A DNA stretch of 32,000 nt from Flavobacteriaceae bacterium (GTDB taxonomy: Bacteria; Bacteroidota; Bacteroidia; Flavobacteriales; Flavobacteriaceae), in the NCBI GenBank assembly GCA_965224465.1, contig OZ245049.1:2310001-2342000 (forward strand). The letters run 5' to 3'. The position numbers and the translations under genes are program-made. The number at the start of each line of letters is the position of its first letter. Position 1 is the stretch's first letter. Shown in pieces: positions 17,848 to 25,413 of this stretch. A model generated the notes under the pieces. The model ran no database searches, had not been told where the DNA came from, and saw only the letters and a list, made by a program, of their open reading frames with translations.

Positions 17848-18377
17848 TAGATTGTATAATATGGTGCAATCATTAAGTAAACGATAACGCCTGTTACAGC
17901 AACGTACAACCATAAAGGAAATGTGTATTTTGCTATCTTCTTGTGACGTTCTATATCACCTGTAATTCCTCTTACAAAAGTCACCAACACAAATGGAATC
18001 ACAATAATAGATAAAATAATATGGCTAATTAAGATAAAATAATACACATATTTAATGGCTCCTTCGCCTTCAAAGTTTGTAGAATTAGATGTCATGTGAT
18101 AAGCAATATACAGCAGTAAAAAAACCGAAGATAAAACCATAGCTAGTTTAATCAATTTTTCATGCAATAGTACTTTTTTAGAAGAAACTGCCCATATGGC
18201 AATCACTAACACTACAGCTGTACATGCATTTATAGCTGCATAAATTGGCGGTAGAAAAACAGGTAATTCTATGTCTAATTTAACGGCAAACAGCCCTGCA
18301 ACCGCCACAGGAATTACAATGGACAATAGGGTAATAATTTTATTGTATTTATTTGAATCTATCGATTTTTTATTCAT
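17847..18377 (-). CDS. DUF420-family membrane protein (cytochrome oxidase-associated)
   Basis: The membrane protein has several predicted TM segments and ends HKKIAKYTFPLWLYVAVTGVIVYLM, which matches the DUF420 pattern as I remember it. It lies in an oxidase-assembly gene cluster. Confidence 0.7.
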   Translation of the reverse strand: MNKKSIDSNKYNKIITLLSIVIPVAVAGLFAVKLDIELPVFLPPIYAAINACTAVVLVIAIWAVSSKKVLLHEKLIKLAMVLSSVFLLLYIAYHMTSNSTNFEGEGAIKYVYYFILISHIILSIIVIPFVLVTFVRGITGDIERHKKIAKYTFPLWLYVAVTGVIVYLMIAPYYTI

Positions 18378-18379
18378 TT

Positions 18380-19015
18380 TTACTCTTTTAATAAGATAGC
18401 TACATCTTCAATTATCATTTGAACCCCCTTATCGGTAAGCCCGTCATAAAACCCAATTGGATTCCCAAAAGTGTCTTTTCTACTTCTAATAAAACCGTTT
18501 TTATCCACCAAAGCAAAAGAGCCTGAATGCTCAAATCCATCAATTGCTTGCTCATTTTCTCCTACATATAAGGTAAATCCTTTGGATGCCAAATCATAAA
18601 TTTGATCTTGGTTTCCCGTGAAAAAATGCCATCTTTTGGAAGTAGCTCCTTTTTCTTTGGCATATGCTTTAAGCACACTCGGTGTATCGTGCTTAGGATT
18701 GATTGTAAAAGAGGCGATGCCAAAATCTAAATTACTGTAAAATTTATTTTGAATTTTCACCATATTTGAATTCATTTTTGGACAAATAGTAGTACAAGTA
18801 GTAAAAAAGAACTCAACTATAAACACTTTCCCTTTGTAATAATCTCCAGTCATCAACAGCCCTTCTTGATTTTCAAACTGAAAAGAAGGAATGGGCATAT
18901 CTTGAATCTGCACCAATGGTGAATCGTTAAATTTTGCGCTTAAATTTCGAACGGTGTATATTCCAAAAATCAAGATTATAAATGCAACCCCTACATATGA
19001 ATATTTTTTGCTCAT
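18380..19015 (-). CDS. SCO1/SenC-family copper chaperone
   Basis: It has an N-terminal TM anchor and a thioredoxin fold with FFFTTCTTICP (CxxxC copper site) and the downstream ...EHSGSFALVD (conserved His). Confidence 0.85.
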   Translation of the reverse strand: MSKKYSYVGVAFIILIFGIYTVRNLSAKFNDSPLVQIQDMPIPSFQFENQEGLLMTGDYYKGKVFIVEFFFTTCTTICPKMNSNMVKIQNKFYSNLDFGIASFTINPKHDTPSVLKAYAKEKGATSKRWHFFTGNQDQIYDLASKGFTLYVGENEQAIDGFEHSGSFALVDKNGFIRSRKDTFGNPIGFYDGLTDKGVQMIIEDVAILLKE

Positions 19016-19019
19016 AAGT

Positions 19020-19670
19020 TTAAACTTTACGTTTTCTTCGTTTTAATTTTTCAGCTGATTTTTTCCATTGGTAGTAAATAATGTCAATATCATCTTTCAT
19101 TTTATTTTTAAGAATGGCAACAGATTTCATCGTATACCCATATAATTTACCTCCCTCAGTATCCTCATCATCTTTTCTACCTCTTAACCTTCCTTTTTTA
19201 TCAATGATAAAAACATATTCCGAAAATTGAGTTTCATTCAATTGAAAAGGCGTGTCCATACTGTTAAACAACGTTGCTATATTCGCAGGATCTGCATACA
19301 AAAAATTCCAGCCTTTGATATCTGTAAACTTGCTCAACTTATCCAAAATAAGTTTCATCTCTTCTTTGTTTGCCTGAGGAATAACAGCTACTACTTGAAA
19401 AAAGGGCTTTTGATAATAACGCTTATAAATAGTCTCATTAAAATTAAACAAAGCTGCTTCTGCTTGGGTAGTATTAGCGCCTAAAAAGCACAACATCGTA
19501 AGTTTCTCATTAAAAGTAACGCCAGTTTGCTCGCCATCTACCTGTTCTATAGGAACCACATTGGTTGTTAATATGGGCAAATTGGAATAGTGATAAATCC
19601 CTTTAGATAAAAATAAATAAAAGACCAAAGGCATTATAAAAAGGATAAAAAGTACGCTAAACTTTTTCAT
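19020..19670 (-). CDS. SCO/thioredoxin-like paralogue lacking the CxxxC site (hypothetical)
   Basis: It has the same size and architecture as the neighbouring SCO: a TM anchor, MLCFLGANTTQAE in place of FFFTTCTTICP, and YVFIIDKKGRLRGR versus FALVDKNGFIRSR. The similarity was judged by eye only. Confidence 0.5.
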   Translation of the reverse strand: MKKFSVLFILFIMPLVFYLFLSKGIYHYSNLPILTTNVVPIEQVDGEQTGVTFNEKLTMLCFLGANTTQAEAALFNFNETIYKRYYQKPFFQVVAVIPQANKEEMKLILDKLSKFTDIKGWNFLYADPANIATLFNSMDTPFQLNETQFSEYVFIIDKKGRLRGRKDDEDTEGGKLYGYTMKSVAILKNKMKDDIDIIYYQWKKSAEKLKRRKRKV

Positions 19671-19763
19671 TGTTATGAAGTGTTTTTTTGATAGGATGGA
19701 TCTGAATCATATAAACTAGCCATGCTTCTCAGCCATAACCTAGATAAATACACCCTAAATTTA

Positions 19764-19794
19764 GTAAAAAAAGGTGGTTAAAAAACCACCTTTT
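19764..19794 (-). terminator. Rho-independent terminator after the subunit IV gene
   Basis: The minus strand reads AAAAGGTGGTT-TTTT-AACCACCTTTTTTT, a GC-containing stem followed by a T-run, 24 nt after the stop at 19818. Confidence 0.7.
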
Positions 19795-19817
19795 GTATCA
19801 TTTTTGTTAACTATTTA

Positions 19818-20225
19818 TTAGTAATCCCATTTTACATAAGGTCTAATGGCATCGCCTACATAACTTCCTTCTATTAATAGCAAGGCAGTTAAGTAAATAA
19901 TAAGGAATATAGAAGTCCATACTACGGCCCTTCTCAATCCCTTTGTCTCCTCACTCATGTGCATAAAAAACCATACAATATAGTATGCTTTTACAACGGT
20001 TAAGGCTATAAAGAAAAAATTCAAAGGTTTGATATAAATAAATATTCCTAAAAGGAAGTTTCCTATAGCAGCAAAAACTCCTCCTTCAAAAGGTGACAAC
20101 CAAGGCGACATTAGAATGCCTGGCTTCCATATTCCAAAGAACACTTCTACTATGGTTATAAGGGATAGAATTCCGAATACCTTCCAAATTCTTCCTGTAT
20201 GTGATTCGTGTGCGTGTGCAGTCAT
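19818..20225 (-). CDS. Cytochrome c oxidase subunit IV family protein
   Basis: It is a 135 aa membrane protein with several predicted TM segments and a His-rich N-terminus (MTAHAHESH), directly downstream of the subunit III genes. Confidence 0.7.
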   Translation of the reverse strand: MTAHAHESHTGRIWKVFGILSLITIVEVFFGIWKPGILMSPWLSPFEGGVFAAIGNFLLGIFIYIKPLNFFFIALTVVKAYYIVWFFMHMSEETKGLRRAVVWTSIFLIIYLTALLLIEGSYVGDAIRPYVKWDY

Positions 20226-20237
20226 TTTATATTTTTT

Positions 20238-21215
20238 TTATATTAAGTAGAAGAATGTGAAAACGAATACCCAAACTAAATCAACAAAGTGCCAATACAG
20301 AGCAGCTTTCTCGACCATTTCGTAACTTTTCCTTTTTTCGTAAGTCCCTAACAATACATTAATAAATATAATGATATTAATCACAATACCAGATAAGACG
20401 TGAAACCCGTGGAATCCAGTAATAAAGAAAAAGAAATCCGCAAATTGTGTATTCCCGTATTCATTTACTTTTAAATTCGCACCATATACAACTTGCTTAG
20501 ATTCAGCTAAAAAACGAAGTGCATCTGCCCTAGGTAATATAATTTTTTCTCCGGTATCTTTATTTAGTTTTTCGATACGTATAGACAAAGTCACGTCTGC
20601 TTTAAAACCTTCCTTCACTTGGCTTAAAGAAACTTCTGGAATTGATTCACCAGAAGAGAACCAAAGACCATTACCTCTTACGTGATTCACACGCTCCGAA
20701 TGTCCGGTTTTAGCAAAACTAGTCAAGGCTATTTGTTTACCATCCGCATTTACAAATTGAATAATTTTACCATCATTCATTTGAATTGCTCCATAATTTC
20801 CTCCAATAAAGTTTTTCCATTCCCATGCTTGAGAACCTAAAAATATAATACCTCCGACAATGGTCAGAAACATATAATTAGTCACTTTTTTTCTGTCCTG
20901 ACGATGCCCTGCATCAACAGCCAACACCATGGTTACCGAAGAAAAGATAAGAATAAATGTCATCAATGCCACGAAGTACATCGGATGATCACCATGCATA
21001 AAAGGAAAATGATTAAAAACTTGATCGGCAATAGGCCATGTATCAATAAATTTAAATCTCATTAAACCATAAGCGGTTAAAAAACCAGAGAATGTTAAGG
21101 CATCAGACAGGATAAAAAACCACATCATCATCTTCCCATAACTAGCCCCTAAAGGCTGCTTATCTCCTCCACCCCAGTCTTTTGTACCGGAATCTAAAGC
21201 AGAATTTGCTTTCAT
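20238..21215 (-). CDS. Cytochrome c oxidase subunit III with a ~110 aa soluble insertion
   Basis: The C-terminal FHGFHVLSGIVINIIIF ... ALYWHFVDLVWVFVFTFFYL is the subunit III signature. A hydrophilic segment (GAIQMNDGKIIQF ... NLKVNEYGN) interrupts the TM helices. Confidence 0.85.
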   Translation of the reverse strand: MKANSALDSGTKDWGGGDKQPLGASYGKMMMWFFILSDALTFSGFLTAYGLMRFKFIDTWPIADQVFNHFPFMHGDHPMYFVALMTFILIFSSVTMVLAVDAGHRQDRKKVTNYMFLTIVGGIIFLGSQAWEWKNFIGGNYGAIQMNDGKIIQFVNADGKQIALTSFAKTGHSERVNHVRGNGLWFSSGESIPEVSLSQVKEGFKADVTLSIRIEKLNKDTGEKIILPRADALRFLAESKQVVYGANLKVNEYGNTQFADFFFFITGFHGFHVLSGIVINIIIFINVLLGTYEKRKSYEMVEKAALYWHFVDLVWVFVFTFFYLI

Positions 21216-21264
21216 AAAGTATTTGTTTTTGTTTTGTTAGTCGGTCAAATATATACTATTTTTT

Positions 21265-21846
21265 CTACCTGATAAAATAGAAAAAGAAAAATAGGTAAAT
21301 CCAGAGTAAATCTACAAAATGCCAAAAGATAGCACCTAGCTCTAAACCCAGTGAATTAGTACTAGAATATTTCCTTTTAAAATGATTAAAAATCACTACA
21401 AATAGCACTATTATTCCAGCAAATGCATGCACTAAATGTAAAAATGTAATCCCGTATAAAAAGGAAGATTTCACTGTGCTCTTTGCACCAGCAAAAACAT
21501 GTCCTTGTTGGTATAATTCTTGGAATCCTTGAAACTGAAAAAAACCAAATCCAAGTCCCAAAATTAAGGTCACAACTAATAGTTGAGTTGTTCTAGACAT
21601 TTGATCTTTCTGAATGGCCCTTTTTGCTAAATAAAATGTGATACTACTCAAAAATATAAGTAACGTACTGTAATAAAAAGACTGAGGCAAATCAAATGAC
21701 AACCAGTCATCCCGTTTACGACTTACAACATAAGCACTGGTGAGACCAGCAAACATCATAATCATACTCACCAAGGAAACCCACAACATAGGTTTTGCTG
21801 ATTTTCGTTTAGCGACTCGTAATTCTTCTTCTAGGGTATTGTTCAT
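21265..21846 (-). CDS. Cytochrome c oxidase subunit III family protein (short form)
   Basis: LHLVHAFAGIIVL ... AIFWHFVDLLWIYLFFFFYF is the subunit III signature. The protein is 193 aa and largely made of predicted TM segments. Confidence 0.8.
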   Translation of the reverse strand: MNNTLEEELRVAKRKSAKPMLWVSLVSMIMMFAGLTSAYVVSRKRDDWLSFDLPQSFYYSTLLIFLSSITFYLAKRAIQKDQMSRTTQLLVVTLILGLGFGFFQFQGFQELYQQGHVFAGAKSTVKSSFLYGITFLHLVHAFAGIIVLFVVIFNHFKRKYSSTNSLGLELGAIFWHFVDLLWIYLFFFFYFIR

Positions 21847-21888
21847 TGTTTGTATAAGTGTTAGTAGTTAGTATTAGTATTGAGTAGT

Positions 21889-22815
21889 TTAGTGTAAAAA
21901 TTTATCTGCAACGTATATAATTTGTACCAAGGTAATATATAAAACACTAGATAACATTAGTTTTCTTGCTTCTTTATCGTTTCTGAATTTGTACAAACGA
22001 AAACCAAAATAGAGCATATAAGCTCCTAAGGAAAAAACAATAACTGCTGTGATAGGATGTATATAGAAGCTTCCCGTAATTTTAAAAACAGGTATTATAG
22101 AAACAATCATTAAACAGATTGTATATAATATAATCTGCCGAATGGCATTTCCATCCTTTTTCCCCATTGGCATTAAATTAAATCCTGCTTTTTTATATTC
22201 GTCAAATTGCAACCAAGCGATGGCCCAAAAATGAGGAAATTGCCATAAAAACTGAATCAAAAACAACATCCCTGATTCTATTCCAAAGGTATCGGTTGCC
22301 GCCACCCAACCTAACATAAAGGGAATGGCTCCAGGAATTCCTCCGACAAAAACAGACAACGGAGTTCTTGCTTTTAAAGGTGTATAGATACTTGTATATA
22401 TAAATATAGAAATCGCCCCGAAAAAGGCGCTTTTGGGATTGATGCTATATAAAATGGCTATTCCGAATGTAGCCATCACAATAGCGATTATCAATCCTGT
22501 TTTTATAGACATCCGACCTGCTGGAATAGGGCGGTTCATCGTTCGTTTCATCAATGCATCTGTATCATATTCTATTACTTGGTTAAATGCATTAGATGCG
22601 CCCACCATTAAATAGCCTCCAACAGCTAACAGCAGTAATATATAAAAATCTATTGTATCAACAGCTAGCAAGTACCCCGCCACTGATGAAAACACCACAC
22701 TTAAAGAGAGCCCTACCTTGGTCAATTGCTTAAAATCTGTTACGCGTGTAGAAAAGTCCATTTTTTGTTTTGTTGTTTGAGTAATATCCATTCCATTTAT
22801 TTTATACCGCTGCAA
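21889..22815 (-). CDS. cyoE: Protoheme IX farnesyltransferase (heme O synthase)
   Basis: It is a UbiA-family prenyltransferase: NQVIEYDTDALMKRTMNRPIPAGR (NxxxDxxxD ... R.RP.p.G) and FLWQFPHFWAIAW. The start is uncertain, with alternative in-frame ATGs at 22791 and 22761. Confidence 0.9.
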   Translation of the reverse strand: MQRYKINGMDITQTTKQKMDFSTRVTDFKQLTKVGLSLSVVFSSVAGYLLAVDTIDFYILLLLAVGGYLMVGASNAFNQVIEYDTDALMKRTMNRPIPAGRMSIKTGLIIAIVMATFGIAILYSINPKSAFFGAISIFIYTSIYTPLKARTPLSVFVGGIPGAIPFMLGWVAATDTFGIESGMLFLIQFLWQFPHFWAIAWLQFDEYKKAGFNLMPMGKKDGNAIRQIILYTICLMIVSIIPVFKITGSFYIHPITAVIVFSLGAYMLYFGFRLYKFRNDKEARKLMLSSVLYITLVQIIYVADKFLH

Positions 22816-22881
22816 AAATACTTATTTTACGCTGAAAAACAAGCCTTAAGAAAATAGGCTGAAAAAAAACTAAAAAAAGCC

Positions 22882-22911
22882 TTTGTGTTTCTATAAAAAG
22901 TCCTAAATTTG
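22882..22911 (+). promoter_or_regulatory. Bacteroidota-type promoter of the tRNA cluster
   Basis: TTTG (22882-22885), an 18-nt spacer, then TAAATTTG (22904-22911). It lies ~50 nt upstream of tRNA-Gly. Confidence 0.5.
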
Positions 22912-22960
22912 CAACCGCAATAGGCACTTGTAGTGCTACGTTCTTTAAAAGATAATGACT

Positions 22961-23032
22961 GCGAAAGTAGCTCAGGGGTAGAGCATCACCTTGCCAAGGT
23001 GGGGGTCGCGGGTTCAAATCCCGTCTTTCGCT
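22961..23032 (+). tRNA. tRNA-Gly (anticodon GCC)
   Basis: A hand-folded cloverleaf gives acceptor GCGAAAG/CTTTCGC, D arm GCTC-AGGGGTA-GAGC, anticodon arm TCACC-TTGCCAA-GGTGG, and T arm GCGGG-TTCAAAT-CCCGT. No CCA is encoded. Confidence 0.9.
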
Positions 23033-23055
23033 CTACAATATATAACATACCAAAT

Positions 23056-23141
23056 GCAGAAGTGGTGGAATTGGTAGACACGTTGGACTTAAAATCCAAT
23101 GGGCTGTAAGGCCCGTGCGGGTTCAAGTCCCGCCTTTTGTA
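23056..23141 (+). tRNA. tRNA-Leu (anticodon TAA), copy 1
   Basis: This is a class II tRNA with anticodon arm TTGGA-CTTAAAA-TCCAA, a long variable arm GGGC-TGTAAG-GCCC, T arm GCGGG-TTCAAGT-CCCGC, and acceptor GCAGAAG/CTTTTGT (two G.U pairs). Confidence 0.88.
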
Positions 23142-23144
23142 CTA

Positions 23145-23180
23145 AAAGCCTTGTAAGTTGAAATACTCTCAAGGCTTTTT
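23145..23180 (+). terminator. Hairpin and T-run after tRNA-Leu copy 1
   Basis: AAAGCCTTG (23145-23153) pairs with CAAGGCTTT (23170-23178), then TT. Confidence 0.65.
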
Positions 23181-23242
23181 AAAAAATTTATCTTTTAAAA
23201 ATACTGAAATATAATGTTGAAATACATTAAACATACCAATAT

Positions 23243-23328
23243 GCAGAAGTGGTGGAATTGGTAGACACGTTGGACTTAAAATCCAATGGGCTGTAAGGCC
23301 CGTGCGGGTTCAAGTCCCGCCTTTTGTA
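23243..23328 (+). tRNA. tRNA-Leu (anticodon TAA), copy 2 (identical to copy 1)
   Basis: The 86-nt sequence is identical to 23056-23141, offset by 187 nt. Confidence 0.88.
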
Positions 23329-23330
23329 CT

Positions 23331-23367
23331 AAAACCTTGTCAATCGAAAGATTTTCAAGGTTTTTTT
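23331..23367 (+). terminator. Rho-independent terminator after tRNA-Leu copy 2
   Basis: AAAACCTTG (23331-23339) pairs with CAAGGTTTT (23356-23364), and the T-run continues to 23367. Confidence 0.75.
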
Positions 23368-23375
23368 ATGCTTTG

Positions 23376-24499
23376 CTGAATTCAAGTCACAAACGCAACT
23401 TTTAGTTAAATAATAATTGTTCCATTACAAATATAGGGTTTTGATATTTATGTCTCTTCCTAGGTCTGTTATTTAATTTTGTTTCTACCTCTTTGATTCT
23501 TTGATCTGTTAGGTTTGTAAAGTCACTTCCTTTGGCAAAATATTGTCTAATCAAACCATTTAAATTTTCGTTAGATCCTCTTTCCCAAGAGTGATATGGA
23601 TGCGCAAAAAAGTAATCAATACATAAATTTTCTGCAACCTGCTCATGGCCTGCAAATTCTTTTCCATTATCAGCTGTTATAGTATGTAGATAAGGCTTCC
23701 AGTCTTCTAATATTTCATTGATAGCTTTAGTGACAACAACTGCTTCTTTAGAGCTTACTTTTTTCATTTTAAGCATTCCAGAAGCTCTATCATTTACGGT
23801 AAGTATGGCTTGATTATGGTTTTTACCTATGATTAAATCGACCTCTAAATCTCCAAATCGATTTCTTTGTTCAACAACTTCAGGGCGTTGTTCTATACTA
23901 ATACGATTCTTTATAACCCCTCTAGAATCCTTTGATGAGCCACGTTTTCTATATCTCCTTCCCTGTCTGCGAAGGTGTGTATGTAAATCACCATCATTCC
24001 TCTTGTCTTCCCTAATATGCTGATATATACGCTCAATAGACACCGTTTCTTTACCTTGTTTTTTTAGGACACCAACTACTTGCTCAGGACTATAATCGTC
24101 TCGCAATAACAACTCTATTGCTTGTTGAATATCTTCTGTAAAGCGTTTTCTTTTAGGCTTTTCTTTATGACGTTTAGCATACTTTTTTTGGGCTAATTCA
24201 TGCTTGTAAACTCCATTTCTTTTGTCTGAATTACGCTTAATCTCTTTGCTAATAACAGACTTGTCTTTTCCTATAGCAGCTGCTATCTCAACCTGTTTAT
24301 AACCTTGTTTTAACATGCAACAAATTGTGTATCTTTGCGCTTGGGTGATGTGTTTCATACAACTTCTTTTTTCGAGATTTGAGACCGTAAGATACATATC
24401 CATCAAGACAAGAAAGGTAGGTTTTCCTACTTTTCTGTTTTGAAAATATAACCATCATAGAATCAAATCGAAAAGTTGCGTTTATTAGTTGAATTTAAG
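23376..24499 (-). mobile_element. IS30-family insertion sequence (~1.12 kb), apparently intact
   Basis: There is a single transposase ORF flanked by imperfect terminal inverted repeats. CTGAATTCAAGTCACAAACGCAACTTTT (23376-23403) matches the reverse complement of AAAAGTTGCGTTTATTAGTTGAATTTAAG (24471-24499). The inner 13 nt are identical. Confidence 0.8.
23402..24358 (-). CDS. IS30-family DDE transposase
   Basis: MKHITQAQRYTICCMLKQGYKQVEIAAAIGKDKSVISKEIKRN is the N-terminal HTH typical of IS30 transposases. The DDE triad context is GDLEVDLIIG, ITADNGKEF and HSWERGSNENLNGLIRQYF. The probable start is the ATG at 24358. Confidence 0.92.
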   Translation of the reverse strand: MKHITQAQRYTICCMLKQGYKQVEIAAAIGKDKSVISKEIKRNSDKRNGVYKHELAQKKYAKRHKEKPKRKRFTEDIQQAIELLLRDDYSPEQVVGVLKKQGKETVSIERIYQHIREDKRNDGDLHTHLRRQGRRYRKRGSSKDSRGVIKNRISIEQRPEVVEQRNRFGDLEVDLIIGKNHNQAILTVNDRASGMLKMKKVSSKEAVVVTKAINEILEDWKPYLHTITADNGKEFAGHEQVAENLCIDYFFAHPYHSWERGSNENLNGLIRQYFAKGSDFTNLTDQRIKEVETKLNNRPRKRHKYQNPIFVMEQLLFN

Positions 24500-24712
24500 T
24501 TTCTATTCACGTTTTACAAATCATTATCTTTAAAACTACCACACCTTTCCCTTCTCCCCCCTATTAATTATAAAAAAAACGCTAGTCCTGAACAAAAGTT
24601 CAAATAGCTTAGTACAGCATTTATACCTATTACAATGGACCAAGAACAATTTCTAGGTCTGAGCATAAATTTTTGTCAACCTAAATAGAAAGAAATCAAT
24701 ATCTCTAACGCT

Positions 24713-24806
24713 CTAAAAAATGACAGATATAAAAAGTTTGTTTTACGTTCTATATTTGTTAAAAAACAAATACATATCTAAATCCGACACTTATAAATGT
24801 ATTTGG
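24713..24806 (+). repeat. Dispersed intergenic repeat, copy C (internally deleted)
   Basis: CTAAAAAATGACAGATATAAAAAGTTTGTTTTACGTTCTAT...GTTAAAAAAC then ...AAATCCGACACTT plus the tail ATAAATGTATTTGG. The 5' and 3' blocks match copies A, B and D, but ~40 nt of the centre is missing. Confidence 0.6.
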
Positions 24807-25413
24807 TTACTACAGTCTTCTTGTTTTTTTAACAAAAAAAACTATTTACTTTTATAAAGCTGTCTCAAAATATGAAATTATTTTCTACCTATAGGTTGTA
24901 AAAAGGAAACTATCTAAAGTAATGCTCTAGGATTAAATTAAAAGTAGCACTTTATATGGATTCAAAAGAATTAATCAACATCCTCCAACAAGGAGTTTTA
25001 TCATTTTCTTTAATAAAAATATCAGAAATAAATTAGTATTGGATACTAATGGATTTAAAAAAGAGCTGCGTACCAAGAAAATTGTAGAAATTATACCCCC
25101 ATATAAATTCGATCTACTAATGAAGTAATTCTTATAGTACGTCAACTCTTATTTTAAATAAAAATCTGCTAGTGAAAATATTCTATAACAGAACGTTCTT
25201 TTTAATATTATGTTATTAAAAAAAACTTAAAAAGTTGTTAAAATTAAAGTTTCTATAACATTTTATAAAACTACGTATTTAAAAGAAATAGAGAAAACAC
25301 TTTGCGAGCTACAAAGTAACAAAAATTATAAAGTTAAGATTTGTTCATTTCAGACAATTGATAGTTTAAATTGGACATATCCAGCCTTTACACGCATTAA
25401 AACAGTAAAACAA

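Noticed and set aside
17848-17913. N-terminal 22-codon extension of the small CxxC peptide (the 91-aa version in the ORF track)
   Set aside because: The extension lies wholly inside the DUF420 coding region. The internal ATG at 17847 gives a classical signal-like N-terminus and a TAATG coupling junction.
19227-19484. 85-aa + strand ORF
   Set aside because: It is antisense to the SCO-like gene.
22433-22615. 60-aa + strand ORF
   Set aside because: It is antisense to cyoE.
22802-23017. 71-aa - strand ORF
   Set aside because: It overlaps tRNA-Gly (22961-23032) and the tRNA promoter. Its translation is the antisense of a tRNA (..PPWQGDALPLSY..).
23370-23378. Target-site duplication flanking the IS30 element
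   Set aside because: The flanks (..CTTTG|CTGAA.. and ..TTAAG|TTTCT..) do not show an unambiguous 2-3 bp direct repeat, and the exact IR ends are uncertain by 1-2 nt. I make no claim.
23829-24023. 64-aa + strand ORF
   Set aside because: It is antisense to the IS30 transposase.
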